IMG/VR virus record: IMGVR_UViG_3300048912_000204
Source: a virus
Strand: one strand, 5' to 3'
DNA: 64,000 nucleotides
The notes under the pieces are model-generated. The model was not told the origin of the DNA. It made no database searches and saw nothing but the letters and a program-made list of their open reading frames with translations. Position numbers and translations under genes: made by a program. Below are positions 27,557-37,493 of this stretch, piece by piece; positions within the stretch are counted from its first letter, which is position 1, and every line of letters starts with the position of its first letter.

Positions 27557-28697
27557 GGACGGTCAGCTCCTGCTTGGTGCTTCGAGTGGTGTACGCCGCG
27601 ACTCCCGAGGCCCACGTGTAGCTGATGGAGTCCACGACGTGGCGTTCCTGGCGGCCGTCGAGACGGCTGACGATGATGACGTCCCCGGCCTCCTGGCAGG
27701 GGTGGTAGCGGCCGGTGAGGCTGAGGGTCTTGGACTCGCCCACGAGGTCGGCGAGGATGGCCCGGCCCACCTGCCATGCCTGCCGGTCGCTGACGATGAG
27801 CGGGGAGTCGTAGCGGTAGGGCTTGACTCCGAAGTGCCCGGCCAGCTCGGGGTGCCCGATGGGGTCGGGGCCCGCGTACGTCTTGGAGTTGACGTCGTCG
27901 TCCCAGACGAAGATGGGGCCGACGGGGGCGCTTCCGTCGGCGGGGGTTCCGCTGACGGAGATGAGGTTGAAGACGTTCTGCCGGTCGTAGGCGAACGAGG
28001 CCGAGATCTTGGTCAGGGCGTCCTCGGAGACGGTCCAGACGGGTTCGTCGCTCAAGGAAGGGCGCGGGACGAAGGAGAACGCCCCGGAGGCGTCACAGAG
28101 GGCGTCTGCGGCCAGCGCGGTGGCGATGGAGGCGTCGGAGGAGGTGCCGTGGACGACCGACCAGCGGTCCGAGTCGACGGTCATGGTCACCATCGCGGTG
28201 GTGGAGGCCAGGCCGCTGTCCCAGTAGAACCGGGCGTCCGGGACGGCCTCGGTGATCAGCTTCTCCGCCTGCCTGCGGTACGTCATGGACCGGTTGTCGG
28301 GGAGGTTGCGGGCCACCGGGAACTGGGAGTCGATGACGTCCTGCTCGAAGGAGACGCCTTCAACGGTCAGGTTGGCGAAGTTCTCCGTGATGGAGGTGAG
28401 CGTGTACAGCCCGGCGGGGATGTATTCGGGGGACGAGCCCAGGAAGCTGACGGCCAGGCGTAATCGCAGACGGCAGCCGTAGGGGTGGATGCCGTCGTAG
28501 CCGACGGCCAGCGTGCGGGCGATGGTAGCGGACAGCGTCCACCGGGACGTGCTGGTGCGGTCCTGGGTGTGGCTGCCGCTGACGATCTCCAGCGGGTACC
28601 AGTTCTTCCAGTCCGGGGACCAGTCCAGCAGGGGCGTGATCTTCAGCGCGGTGCCGTCGGAGAGGGCCCGGCGCAGTCGTTCCGAGTGCGCGAGCAT
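27549..28697 (-). CDS. Minor tail protein (hub/Tal-like, DUF5047-like)
   Basis: MLAHSERLRRAL start; ends with the usual PxxEAGDVIxV...HVVDSISY motif. Confidence 0.75.
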   Translation of the reverse strand: MLAHSERLRRALSDGTALKITPLLDWSPDWKNWYPLEIVSGSHTQDRTSTSRWTLSATIARTLAVGYDGIHPYGCRLRLRLAVSFLGSSPEYIPAGLYTLTSITENFANLTVEGVSFEQDVIDSQFPVARNLPDNRSMTYRRQAEKLITEAVPDARFYWDSGLASTTAMVTMTVDSDRWSVVHGTSSDASIATALAADALCDASGAFSFVPRPSLSDEPVWTVSEDALTKISASFAYDRQNVFNLISVSGTPADGSAPVGPIFVWDDDVNSKTYAGPDPIGHPELAGHFGVKPYRYDSPLIVSDRQAWQVGRAILADLVGESKTLSLTGRYHPCQEAGDVIIVSRLDGRQERHVVDSISYTWASGVAAYTTRSTKQELTVHV

Positions 28698-30037
28698 CAG
28701 ATGTTCTCCAGGCTCACCGTGTCGAAGTAGGCCACCTGTCCCGGGGCGGTCGCGTTGACCAGCACGGTGCAGGCCGCGAGGGATGCGCCCGGGGCGGGGG
28801 TCACGGACAGGCTGACCTTGGTCCAGGTCAACGGGGTCAGCGTCACGGTGCGGCCCCACTCCGACAGGGAGTCTCCGGTGAGGTAGCCGCCTGCTCCGTC
28901 GAGCCAGTCGAGCTGGAGGTCGGCCACCAGGCCGGTCGCCGAGTACATCCAGGCCGAGAACGTGTAGGTGCGGCCCTGCTGCACGCCGTACCGGGGGAGG
29001 GCGAGACCGCCCATGAGGCCCGAGGAGGCGGAGGTGAGGCGCCGCGAGTACGTGCCCTTGAAGGAGATGGTGGAGACCCGCAGGATCGAGGTGTTGCTGT
29101 TGAAGGAGTTCCAGCCGGTGCCGGGCAGGGACGTGGTCTCGCCGTCGGCCGTGTAGTCGTCCATCATGTTGCCGCCCTGGACGGCATCGAACGGCTGCGC
29201 GGGCACGTCGGTGAAGAGCGGGTACTGCTCGGTGGAGTCGCCGAAGGAGAACCGGGGGACGGAGACGGTCTGTCCGTAGGTGGAGGGGCGGCTGACCTCG
29301 ATCAGGCCCAACTGCCAGGCGTAGACCTCGCGGCCGGTGCCCGAGGCTTGCGCGGCGTAGGAGGCGTCGTCCACGGTGAAGTAGCCGTCCGGGCGCTCCC
29401 ACAGGGACGACTTGCGCATGATGACGCTCTGGGTCAGGAGCTGCTGCATGGCGGCGAACTCCTGCGGTCCCACGGTGATGAGGGATATGGAGGTGGAGAG
29501 CCCGTTGCGGGTGTCCGGGGTTACCACCGGGTAGGGGCTGCCGAGGATGACCTGCTTGTCGCTGCGGCCGTTGTAGCTGCCGCCGAGCGTGGAGGTGCCC
29601 CGGGCCTGTACGGAGGCGGCGGGGTTCTCCAGGTTGACCAGCCACATGTCCGGGGCGTTGAAGCCGCCTGCCGGTGCTGCCGTCCTGATGGCCGCAGCGG
29701 CGGACGGCTGCCCTAAGGAGCCGTCCACCTTGACCGGTACGGCGTAGTAGGAGACGTCCTGGCCGAGCGGGGCCTCCTGGTCGTACAGCCAGCCCTTCCC
29801 GGCGTAGTTCAGGTAGGGGTCTCCCCCGCGCACGGTGTGGATGCTGCCGTCGGCGTTGCGGCGGTAGACCGTGCACTGGAACGGGGCGGCCCAGACGCCG
29901 AGTTCCGTCGAGTAGTCGATCTTGATCCGGACGCCGCCGTAGGCCGGGTCGTCAATGACCCGGATGCGCCCGTCGAATGACGTGGCGTCCGTGATCGAGG
30001 TCGCTATCGGGGAACTTGCGGGGACTACGACCGGCAT
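28697..30037 (-). CDS. Distal-tail-like minor tail protein with C-terminal carbohydrate-binding-like domain
   Basis: First gene after the tape measure; DQEAPLGQDVSY and YTFSAWM motifs. Confidence 0.75.
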   Translation of the reverse strand: MPVVVPASSPIATSITDATSFDGRIRVIDDPAYGGVRIKIDYSTELGVWAAPFQCTVYRRNADGSIHTVRGGDPYLNYAGKGWLYDQEAPLGQDVSYYAVPVKVDGSLGQPSAAAAIRTAAPAGGFNAPDMWLVNLENPAASVQARGTSTLGGSYNGRSDKQVILGSPYPVVTPDTRNGLSTSISLITVGPQEFAAMQQLLTQSVIMRKSSLWERPDGYFTVDDASYAAQASGTGREVYAWQLGLIEVSRPSTYGQTVSVPRFSFGDSTEQYPLFTDVPAQPFDAVQGGNMMDDYTADGETTSLPGTGWNSFNSNTSILRVSTISFKGTYSRRLTSASSGLMGGLALPRYGVQQGRTYTFSAWMYSATGLVADLQLDWLDGAGGYLTGDSLSEWGRTVTLTPLTWTKVSLSVTPAPGASLAACTVLVNATAPGQVAYFDTVSLENI

Positions 30038-30038
30038 G

Positions 30039-33000
30039 TCACTTCTTCTTTCCGGCTGCGGCCACGATCTCGGTCACCTTCTCTTCAACGACCTTTTCCG
30101 TGTGGGCCTTGAACTTCTTTCCGTCGATGCTGACCATAATGGTATGCGGTGCGGTGACCGTTATCTTGGCGCTGCCGAGGGCCTTTGACTGCTTCTTCAG
30201 GGTGCTCAGTCCGAAGCCGTCGTCGGCGGCGGAGTCCGCGTACTTCCCGGACACCTTCTCCAGCTCCTTGTATTCCGCGTTCAGCTTCTTGAGGTCGCCC
30301 GCCGAGGAAGTGCGGGCCAGGGACTGGGCAAGCTGTCCGCCCTGCTCCGGACCCATCGCCGCGACCTGCTGGATGAGCGCCGGGGACAGGCCCAGCTTGG
30401 CCAGCGTGTGCAGGTTGACCTGGAAATCCTTGATGGCCTTGATCTTCGCCTGGAGCTGCTGGGTGAACCCGGCGGCCCGGTTGCCGGTCAGGCCGGACAA
30501 CTGCCCCGTCTGCACGGCCGCGTCGTAGTAGCCGGTGCGGGCGTCGGTCGCGACCTGAATCTTGGCGTCGATCGCGGCCTTCTTGCCCGCAATGTAGTCC
30601 TGCGCGGCCTTCCGCTCCTTCGCCATTTCGGCATCGCGGGCCTTTTTCTTCGCAGCGGCGAGAGTCGCGGCGTCCTTGCGCTCCTGCTCCACGGCCTTGG
30701 AAGCGGCCTTGTACCGCTTTTCGTTCAGCTTGATCAGCTTGTTGTCGGCCGCGATTTCCTTGTTGGCCTTGTCGATCTGCTTGTCGTACTTGGCCATTTC
30801 CCGCTTCGCGGCGGCCTGCTCCTTGGCCGTCGTCGCGTTCAGGTACTTCTTGTGCGCGGCGTCGTACTTCTTCTCCGCTGCGTCGCGGCGGGCGCGGTCC
30901 TTGTCGCGCTCCTCGTAGGCGTCCCGGACCACGGCCCGCTGATGCCGGGTGCCCGACGCGTAGCCGTGCAGGCTGCCCATCGACGCCATGCGCAGGGAGT
31001 CGCGGTTGTTGTAGACCGTCTCGCCGCCGTGGAAATTGACCAATTCGGGGCCGCGCTCGCCGACCCAGGCCAGGCCCGGGGCTGCGCCGTCGGTGCCGGT
31101 CCAGTAGCCCTTGGGGGCCTTGGAGGCGTTCGCCTGCTGGACGTTGCTGATGTTACCGTAGGTAGCTACGATGTAACGGATTGCAGCCGCGACGTTCGCA
31201 ACCGGGTCTGTGATTCCGCGTCCCCGCAGGCTGGAGGGCACGTAGGCGTTGAAGGTCGACGGGATCGTTTGCGCCAGGCCCTGAGACGGGTGACCGGCCT
31301 TCGCGTTCGAGTCGGTCAGGTTGATCGCCTTGGGGTTCCAGCCGCTCTCACGCGTGATCAGCGTGTTCAGGCCCGCCTGCCAGGCCGCGAGGGTGCCCGG
31401 CGGGGGAACCTTGGCCGCCTTCAGCGCCGCGTTGATGACCGCCAGGTGCTGCCCGGTGGGGATCGTCCCGTTGCGGGCGTGGAACGAGACCTTCTTGTCC
31501 TCGCTGTGGACGAAGTCCTTGATCTCCTTCAGCGGCTTCTTCATGATCCCAGCGGCGAGGTTGCTCCAGTCGCCGCTGCCCGGAACCAGCTTGTCGATCG
31601 TGGAGTTGGCCTTGTTGATGACCGGGTCCACCACGACCGCGAGAGCGCCCAGCGCGGCGTTCTCCAGGGCGTCCAAGCCCTTGCTGGCGGCGCTCTTCAT
31701 GGAGGAGCCCGCGTCCTCGATCCAGCCGCCCAGACCGAACCGGCCGGAGCTGTTGGCGCCCTGGACGCTCCGGCCTCCGTGCAGGGCGGAGCGGAACGCC
31801 TTGACGCGCTCGTGGCCGCCCATCGCGGCGACGTCCTCACGGGTGAAAACGTGCTCGTCGGGCATCAGGACGGCGTTGACGGAGTCCTTGCCCGGCGTGG
31901 ATCCCGGCGTGTGCGGGACGGCGCCGCCCTGGGCGAAGTGCGGGATCTTGTCGGTGTTGATCCGGCCCAGCGGGTTCTTCGTGTTGACGAAGCTCGCGAT
32001 CTTGTCCATGATCGCGTAGATCGCGTCATTCCAGACATACTTGGCAACCCAGTAAATAGGCGTACCAATAGCCTTCTTGACGTTGTCCCAGACCTTCTGG
32101 ATGCCCTTCCAGGCCGAGTCGAACGCGTCGATCAGGCCCTTCTTCATCGTCGTTCCCCAGCCGGGGATGGTCTTGGTGAAGAACGTCTTCATCGGCGCGA
32201 AGACGTTGTCCTTGATGGCCCGCCACTTCTCCCCGATCCAGTCCTGGATGCCCTGGAAGATCGGCTTGATGTACTGCGTCCACAGCGCCTTCGCCGCCCC
32301 GGCCACGGCGTCCCAGGCGGGCTTGATGATGTGGTTGTAGACCCACCGGAAGCCGTTGCCCATGGCCTTGAAGCCGTCGCCGATCCACCCGAACACCGGA
32401 CCGAGGGTGTGGTTATACGTCGTCACAGCCGCAGAGGCGAACGCCTCCCAGGCAGGCTTCAGCAGGTGGTTGTACACCCACCGGAAGCCCGCGCCCAGAG
32501 CGTGCCACCCGGCCATGATCCAGCCGAAGACCGGCTTGAGGACGAAGAGCCACAGCGCCTTCACGGCGGCTTCCAGCAGGATGAAAACGACCTTGAAGAT
32601 CGTGGAGTAGACGGTCCACCAGATCTTCGCCAGGAAGACGAACGCGTCACCGATGAAGACCAGCGCGGGCTTGATGGTGTGCCACAGCCACAGAGCCCCG
32701 GCGGCGGTCGCCTCCCAGGCGGGCTTGAGCGCGTGGGTCCACAGCCACATGCCCCACTTGCCGACCTCCTGGAGGCCCGTCCAGATGCCCTGGAACATCG
32801 GCTTGAGGGCGTTGTTCCACACCCACAGGGAGGCCGTCTTGATTGCCGCCCAGGTGTAGGACCAGATCGTCTGGAACCAGGTCGTCTTGGTGGCGATCAC
32901 GACCACGACTGCGATCAGCGCGACGATCGCGGTGACGATCACACCGATCGGGCTGAGACCCCACGCGATCGTCAGGGCGATCCACGCGGTCTCCACGGCC

Positions 33001-34790
33001 TCGATCACGGTCACGAGGAAGCCCCAGACCGCCACGGCCGCGTTCCATCCGATGATGGCCAGCTTCCAGGCGATCATGGCGTCCGCGATCAGCCGGATCG
33101 TGCCCGGCGGCAGCGCGTTGACGATGTCCACGATCGCCTTGGAGGTGATCCCGATGACCGGGGCCAGCTCGATCGCCACGTCAGAGATCGACTGGAAGAT
33201 CTCCCCCAGGGCCTTGACCGCTGCGGGCTTGAGGTTGGAGATCGCCAGGTTGATCGTGTCCAGCACGTCCGCGATGGCGTGCCCGTTGCTGGTGCCCGTC
33301 CCGTCGAGGATGTCCCAGATGTGCTTCACCGTCGTGATCAGGCCGAGGAAGATCGGCTTGAGCTGGTGCCAGGACTGCATGAACCGCTCACGGAAACGTT
33401 CCGCCCCGCCGTTCTTGCCCCAGGCGCTCGCACGGTCGCCGAGCGTCTTGAAGTAGCCGGACATCTTCTCCGCGACCGGCCCGAAGGCCCGGACCAGCGC
33501 CCCGCCCGCCGTGGCGAAGCCCCGGAACGCCAGGATCGTGTTCCGGACGATCGGGATGCCGTACGTACGCAGGAAGGTCACGAACCGGGTCAGACCGTCG
33601 CCGGACATCCAGTTCTTGAGGCCGTCCGCGACATCCTGGATGACCGGGGCCATCTCCTTGATCAGCGGGATGAACTTCGGCAGCGCCAGCGCCGCGCCCT
33701 GGATGACCGTGGTGACCGGGGCCAGCGTGTACTTGCTGGTAGCCCCGATGAACGACTGCCAGGCACCCTTCGTCTGCTCCAGGGAGTTGTTGAACTTCTT
33801 CTCCGCCGGGGTGAGGTCATCAATGGCCTTCTTGTGGGCCTTCTCCGCCTCGGTGACGTCCTTCAGCGCCTTCTTGTACGCCTCGGTGCCCGCCGTGGTC
33901 CCGGCGAGGCGTTCCTGCGCCTTCTCCAGGGCGATCTGGGTCTGGTCGACGGCCTTCTTGTGGGCGACGGCCTGCTTGACCGCGCCCATCGTGGCCCCGG
34001 CGTAGATGCCCATGGCGCCACCGGCCGCGACACCGAACGAGGCGGCGGCAGCGGTCGCCCCGCCCAGCAGGTTCGTCAGCGCGGGGAGCTGAGGCAGGAC
34101 CGAGGCGATGAGCCCTGGAAGGCTCATGAGGGAACCCAGGTGCAGGTTCAGCGGGTCCTTGATCTTGCGGACCCTGCGCCGCGAGGTGTCGTCATCGTCG
34201 TCCGTGTCGCCGTCGCCGAGGTCCGGGACGCGCGGGGCATCCGGGTCCGGGTCGGGAGTCGGGTCTCCCCCGCCGCGCCGGGCAGGACTGACACGCGGGT
34301 TGGGCCCGGTCGCGGTGCGGATCGTGATGGGGGCAGCGGCTGCGGCGCGGATGGCGGCGATGGAGGCTGCGGCGTTGCGGGTGTCCACGTCGGCGTGGAT
34401 CGTGAGCGTCCGGGCGCTCATGGCGGTGATCGCTGCATCTAAGGACGCGAGCGTCGCCAGGGCGGCCGTGTCGTCCACCTGGGCCCGGACGGTGATGGCC
34501 GTGTGGTTCAGGTGGTCGGCCTGGGCCTGTAACGAGGTGAGCTGTGCGGAGAGATCGGCGTAGCCCGATAAGGACGCGGTGACGGAGATGTCCCTAAGGC
34601 TGCGTAACTCCTCCTTCAAGGCGGTGATCTTGGCCTTGGCTTCGGTGTCGTCCAGCTCGATTTTCGGGGTGTACTTCTGCTTGGCGAACTCCTCGGCGTC
34701 CTTCTTGGCCTGCTGAAGGTCGCGGTTGAACTCGGAGCGGTCTAATCGAAGGTTGGCTTCGATGCTGCCAGCATTGTAAGAACCCGACAC
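30039..34790 (-). CDS. Tape measure protein with lytic transglycosylase (SLT) domain
   Basis: 1583 aa with Trp-periodic helical repeats; TLITRESGWNPKAIN...SQGLAQTIPSTF SLT motif; FAQGG and VGERGPELV motifs. Confidence 0.93.
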   Translation of the reverse strand: MSGSYNAGSIEANLRLDRSEFNRDLQQAKKDAEEFAKQKYTPKIELDDTEAKAKITALKEELRSLRDISVTASLSGYADLSAQLTSLQAQADHLNHTAITVRAQVDDTAALATLASLDAAITAMSARTLTIHADVDTRNAAASIAAIRAAAAAPITIRTATGPNPRVSPARRGGGDPTPDPDPDAPRVPDLGDGDTDDDDDTSRRRVRKIKDPLNLHLGSLMSLPGLIASVLPQLPALTNLLGGATAAAASFGVAAGGAMGIYAGATMGAVKQAVAHKKAVDQTQIALEKAQERLAGTTAGTEAYKKALKDVTEAEKAHKKAIDDLTPAEKKFNNSLEQTKGAWQSFIGATSKYTLAPVTTVIQGAALALPKFIPLIKEMAPVIQDVADGLKNWMSGDGLTRFVTFLRTYGIPIVRNTILAFRGFATAGGALVRAFGPVAEKMSGYFKTLGDRASAWGKNGGAERFRERFMQSWHQLKPIFLGLITTVKHIWDILDGTGTSNGHAIADVLDTINLAISNLKPAAVKALGEIFQSISDVAIELAPVIGITSKAIVDIVNALPPGTIRLIADAMIAWKLAIIGWNAAVAVWGFLVTVIEAVETAWIALTIAWGLSPIGVIVTAIVALIAVVVVIATKTTWFQTIWSYTWAAIKTASLWVWNNALKPMFQGIWTGLQEVGKWGMWLWTHALKPAWEATAAGALWLWHTIKPALVFIGDAFVFLAKIWWTVYSTIFKVVFILLEAAVKALWLFVLKPVFGWIMAGWHALGAGFRWVYNHLLKPAWEAFASAAVTTYNHTLGPVFGWIGDGFKAMGNGFRWVYNHIIKPAWDAVAGAAKALWTQYIKPIFQGIQDWIGEKWRAIKDNVFAPMKTFFTKTIPGWGTTMKKGLIDAFDSAWKGIQKVWDNVKKAIGTPIYWVAKYVWNDAIYAIMDKIASFVNTKNPLGRINTDKIPHFAQGGAVPHTPGSTPGKDSVNAVLMPDEHVFTREDVAAMGGHERVKAFRSALHGGRSVQGANSSGRFGLGGWIEDAGSSMKSAASKGLDALENAALGALAVVVDPVINKANSTIDKLVPGSGDWSNLAAGIMKKPLKEIKDFVHSEDKKVSFHARNGTIPTGQHLAVINAALKAAKVPPPGTLAAWQAGLNTLITRESGWNPKAINLTDSNAKAGHPSQGLAQTIPSTFNAYVPSSLRGRGITDPVANVAAAIRYIVATYGNISNVQQANASKAPKGYWTGTDGAAPGLAWVGERGPELVNFHGGETVYNNRDSLRMASMGSLHGYASGTRHQRAVVRDAYEERDKDRARRDAAEKKYDAAHKKYLNATTAKEQAAAKREMAKYDKQIDKANKEIAADNKLIKLNEKRYKAASKAVEQERKDAATLAAAKKKARDAEMAKERKAAQDYIAGKKAAIDAKIQVATDARTGYYDAAVQTGQLSGLTGNRAAGFTQQLQAKIKAIKDFQVNLHTLAKLGLSPALIQQVAAMGPEQGGQLAQSLARTSSAGDLKKLNAEYKELEKVSGKYADSAADDGFGLSTLKKQSKALGSAKITVTAPHTIMVSIDGKKFKAHTEKVVEEKVTEIVAAAGKKK

Positions 34791-34961
34791 TGGCCCGACC
34801 TCTCCTCGCCCGAGTACGCATGTCGGATATGTAGCCGACGCTCCAAGATTACCTTTTGGGGGTCGGGCAGTATAGAGCGATCTCCCGTTTATGAAAATGC
34901 TCGTGGGGTCGGAGCTATTTCAGCTCCGACCCCACGATCTCCACCCGGCACGGCGAGTCTT

Positions 34962-35566
34962 TTAGACCCCTGGAGGAAGGTCGTCCCAGCTCGTCAATTC
35001 GACGGCGCCTCCCGACGAACCACCGTCGTCGTCCTCCCCATGGAACTCAGGGTCCTGGTTTAGTTGTTCGACGTACATCCGCTGGTCGTGCCAGGGAAGT
35101 GCGTCCCACTGCTGCCGGGTGAGGCCGAGGATTTTCAGCACCGTGTAATACAACCGGCGCTGGTCCTCTCCTCCGGTCAGTCCGTCGTAGCGGCCATCAA
35201 TTTTCCCGGGTTGAACTGCTCCTGGAGCCACCGGGAGAAGAGAACCTTGTGGCGCCAGGGAAGCTGGGCCAGGATCTCGACGGACGGGGTGTTCTTGCAC
35301 AGACGCGCAGTGAGGGCGTCCATCTTCTTCTCCAGCTCATCGGCGCGGTCGGAGATCTTGTCCATCTCCTCGTCCGATAACTGCTCGGGGTCGATGTCCT
35401 GGACGTCCTTGTACTCGCGGACGACGGCGAGGACGGCCTTGCGGTAGCCCGCCATGGCCTGCTGGGACGGCTCGGGAACCGTGCCCTTGGCCTCGGGGCC
35501 CTCCACGAAACCGGTGAAGTCGTAGTCCAGCGGCTCGACGGCCGTTGCTGCGGTGAAACCTGCCAT
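34962..35566 (-). CDS. Tail assembly chaperone pair G/GT (129-aa G ends at 35177; -1 frameshift extends to 34962)
   Basis: Between MTP and TMP; the frames overlap at NPGKLM / GKIDG. Confidence 0.88.
35201..35207 (-). other. Programmed -1 frameshift slippery site G GGA AAA
   Basis: Plus strand TTTTCCC equals minus GGGAAAA, an X XXY YYZ heptamer near the G stop. Confidence 0.88.
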
Positions 35567-35628
35567 GGTGCTGTAGTCCTTCTCGCTGTGCCGGGTGAAT
35601 AGTTCGATGTGAGGGATCACGAAGGCCC

Positions 35629-36222
35629 TTAGAGAGCGGCGGCGATCATTTCCTGGATGACGACCTGGGACGGCGCGCACGTGCCTTCGAACTGGAAGCT
35701 GTACATGCGCTTCTCGTTGGACCGGCGGAACGAGGTGTCCACGTTCGATCCGACGACGCCCTGCGGGATCAGGTACCGGCGCCAGTAGCCCTGGACGTTG
35801 ACCGTCTCCAGGCCGATGGCCCAGGAGTTGAGGTTGTCCTGGAGCGTGAGCGTCTGGTAGCCGGGGATGCCGGTCGCCGCAGCGGTGGTGACGAGCGTGC
35901 CGCCGCCGTAGGCCCACAGCGCGTGCTGAAGGTTGTCCTCGGCGAGGTCGCCTGACACCTGGTAGCTGTGGCTGTCGGCGAGGACGAGAGCGGGGGTGCT
36001 CTGCTCCTCGATGTTGATGGTCTTGGTCGACGTGCCGATCTGGAGCTTCCAGCCCTGGTCGGTGGCGCCGAGGTTCTGCCAGTTACCGCCCCAGTCAGCC
36101 CCCTTGGCGACGGTAACCGCCGGTAAGAGAGCGGGGATCGCCGGGTCGTACGGCTGGATCCAGGCACTTGCGACGCCGACGACGACGTTCTTCGGATTGA
36201 TCGATCCGGGCGTAGTAACCAC
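35629..36222 (-). CDS. Major tail protein
   Basis: LGATDQG...EEQSTP...LAEDNLQHALWA motifs; upstream of the chaperone. Confidence 0.85.
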   Translation of the reverse strand: MVTTPGSINPKNVVVGVASAWIQPYDPAIPALLPAVTVAKGADWGGNWQNLGATDQGWKLQIGTSTKTINIEEQSTPALVLADSHSYQVSGDLAEDNLQHALWAYGGGTLVTTAAATGIPGYQTLTLQDNLNSWAIGLETVNVQGYWRRYLIPQGVVGSNVDTSFRRSNEKRMYSFQFEGTCAPSQVVIQEMIAAAL

Positions 36223-36357
36223 TTCCCTAAATAGCTCTTCCGGTCCCCCGGATAGAGGCGTTTTCCTGGTCCGCGTTTGTTGGCCTTACGCCCGGACCTT
36301 AGAAGCCTGCCAGTGGCAAGTATAAAGTCGCGGATCACCAATGCCAACTACGGGCTA

Positions 36358-36585
36358 TTACGCGCTTTCGCGGTAACGGATCCCGTACTTGAGGCACATC
36401 ATGCGGACGATGTCCGCGTCCCGGGGCGAATAGCCGGTGCCCGCAGGAGTGAGGTCGGGAAGGCCCACGCCGCCCAACTGGAACAGCGTGTTCGGGTGCT
36501 CCAGGTAGAGGTACACCAGCGGCTCCGGAGCCTCGGGTGCCTTTTCCACCTGCGCCTTCGCCGGTGAAGCCTTTTCTACTGCCAT
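36358..36585 (-). CDS. Small tail-region protein (75 aa)
   Basis: MAVEKASPAK start with GAGGA RBS. Confidence 0.6.
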   Translation of the reverse strand: MAVEKASPAKAQVEKAPEAPEPLVYLYLEHPNTLFQLGGVGLPDLTPAGTGYSPRDADIVRMMCLKYGIRYRESA

Positions 36586-36595
36586 GACGTTTTCC

Positions 36596-37039
36596 TCAGC
36601 TCTCGTAAATGCTGGATTCGGCTTCGACCACATACATGGCCTGAAAGGACGGCCGGTTGGCACTGTCCAGGGGCTGCCCGGCCGGGCTGCCCTGCGGGGT
36701 CGAGCCGAACCGGGAGATGTAGACGACCTGCTCACCACCGATGACCGGGCGCCCGGCCGTGATGATGACCTTGTCGATGTCCCGGGCCAGTTGCTCCGTC
36801 TCGGCGAACACGTCGTTCCACGTCGCCGCAGACAACCCCATCCGGCCAACGACCTTCACCTGAAAGGCGCGGGCCTCGATGTGACCGTCGACCTGCATGC
36901 TCCCGCCGCCGACCGGAGTCACCACGAGGTACTTCCGGGGCTCCGACGGCGGACCCACGGGCCCTTGGTAGATGACCGGCATCTCCTGGCCGTCCAGGGG
37001 CTGCTCTCCCAGCCAGTTCATGAAGTCTCTGGTGAGCAT
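36596..37039 (-). CDS. Tail terminator-like protein
   Basis: MLTRDF start overlapping the upstream stop; AFQVKVVG and LDSANRPSFQAMY motifs. Confidence 0.75.
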   Translation of the reverse strand: MLTRDFMNWLGEQPLDGQEMPVIYQGPVGPPSEPRKYLVVTPVGGGSMQVDGHIEARAFQVKVVGRMGLSAATWNDVFAETEQLARDIDKVIITAGRPVIGGEQVVYISRFGSTPQGSPAGQPLDSANRPSFQAMYVVEAESSIYES

Positions 37040-37493
37040 CAGAAGATCCCCAGCGCCTTCAGTTCCTGCTTGGCCCGCAGCTCGTCCTCGGTGAGGCGGT
37101 GCACGTTCGGCGGGCGGTGGTAGACCTGGTCGGTCCCGTCCAGCACTTCCGGGGAGCCCGACGCCCGCAGGTCGTGGAACTCCCGGGGGGCCAGCTCGTA
37201 GTACTCCAGGTTGAGGTCTTCCATGGACTCGGCCATCGCCCGGTGCATGGCCTCCCGGCCGTCCAGAATGGCGTCTGCGAGCTTGTGCAGGATCTCGGGG
37301 TTCTTGTTCATCAGCGCCGTGGCCAGAGCCAGCGCGATACCGCCCTGAGGGTGGTTGAACTCGATGCCGACTTCCTGGTAGTGAGCATAAACTGTATGCT
37401 AGGTCTGACCTGATCAACAGTGAGAGTGCCAGTTAAGTCGGTGGCACTCGCGTTGATCAGTTCGTCAATCCCTTCGGAGAAGGAATTACCCAT
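37039..37493 (-). CDS. Head-tail connector/tail-completion gene interrupted by a 17-nt out-of-frame gap (37390..37406); 145 aa if bypassed
   Basis: GGAGG RBS 8 nt before ATG 37493. Codons 1-29 end TVDQV and the motif resumes YAHYQE...NHPQGG in another frame after 17 nt. Confidence 0.7.

Noticed and set aside
35201-35207. Tail chaperone frameshift as a novel recoding event
   Set aside because: It is the canonical G/GT -1 frameshift of long-tailed phages.
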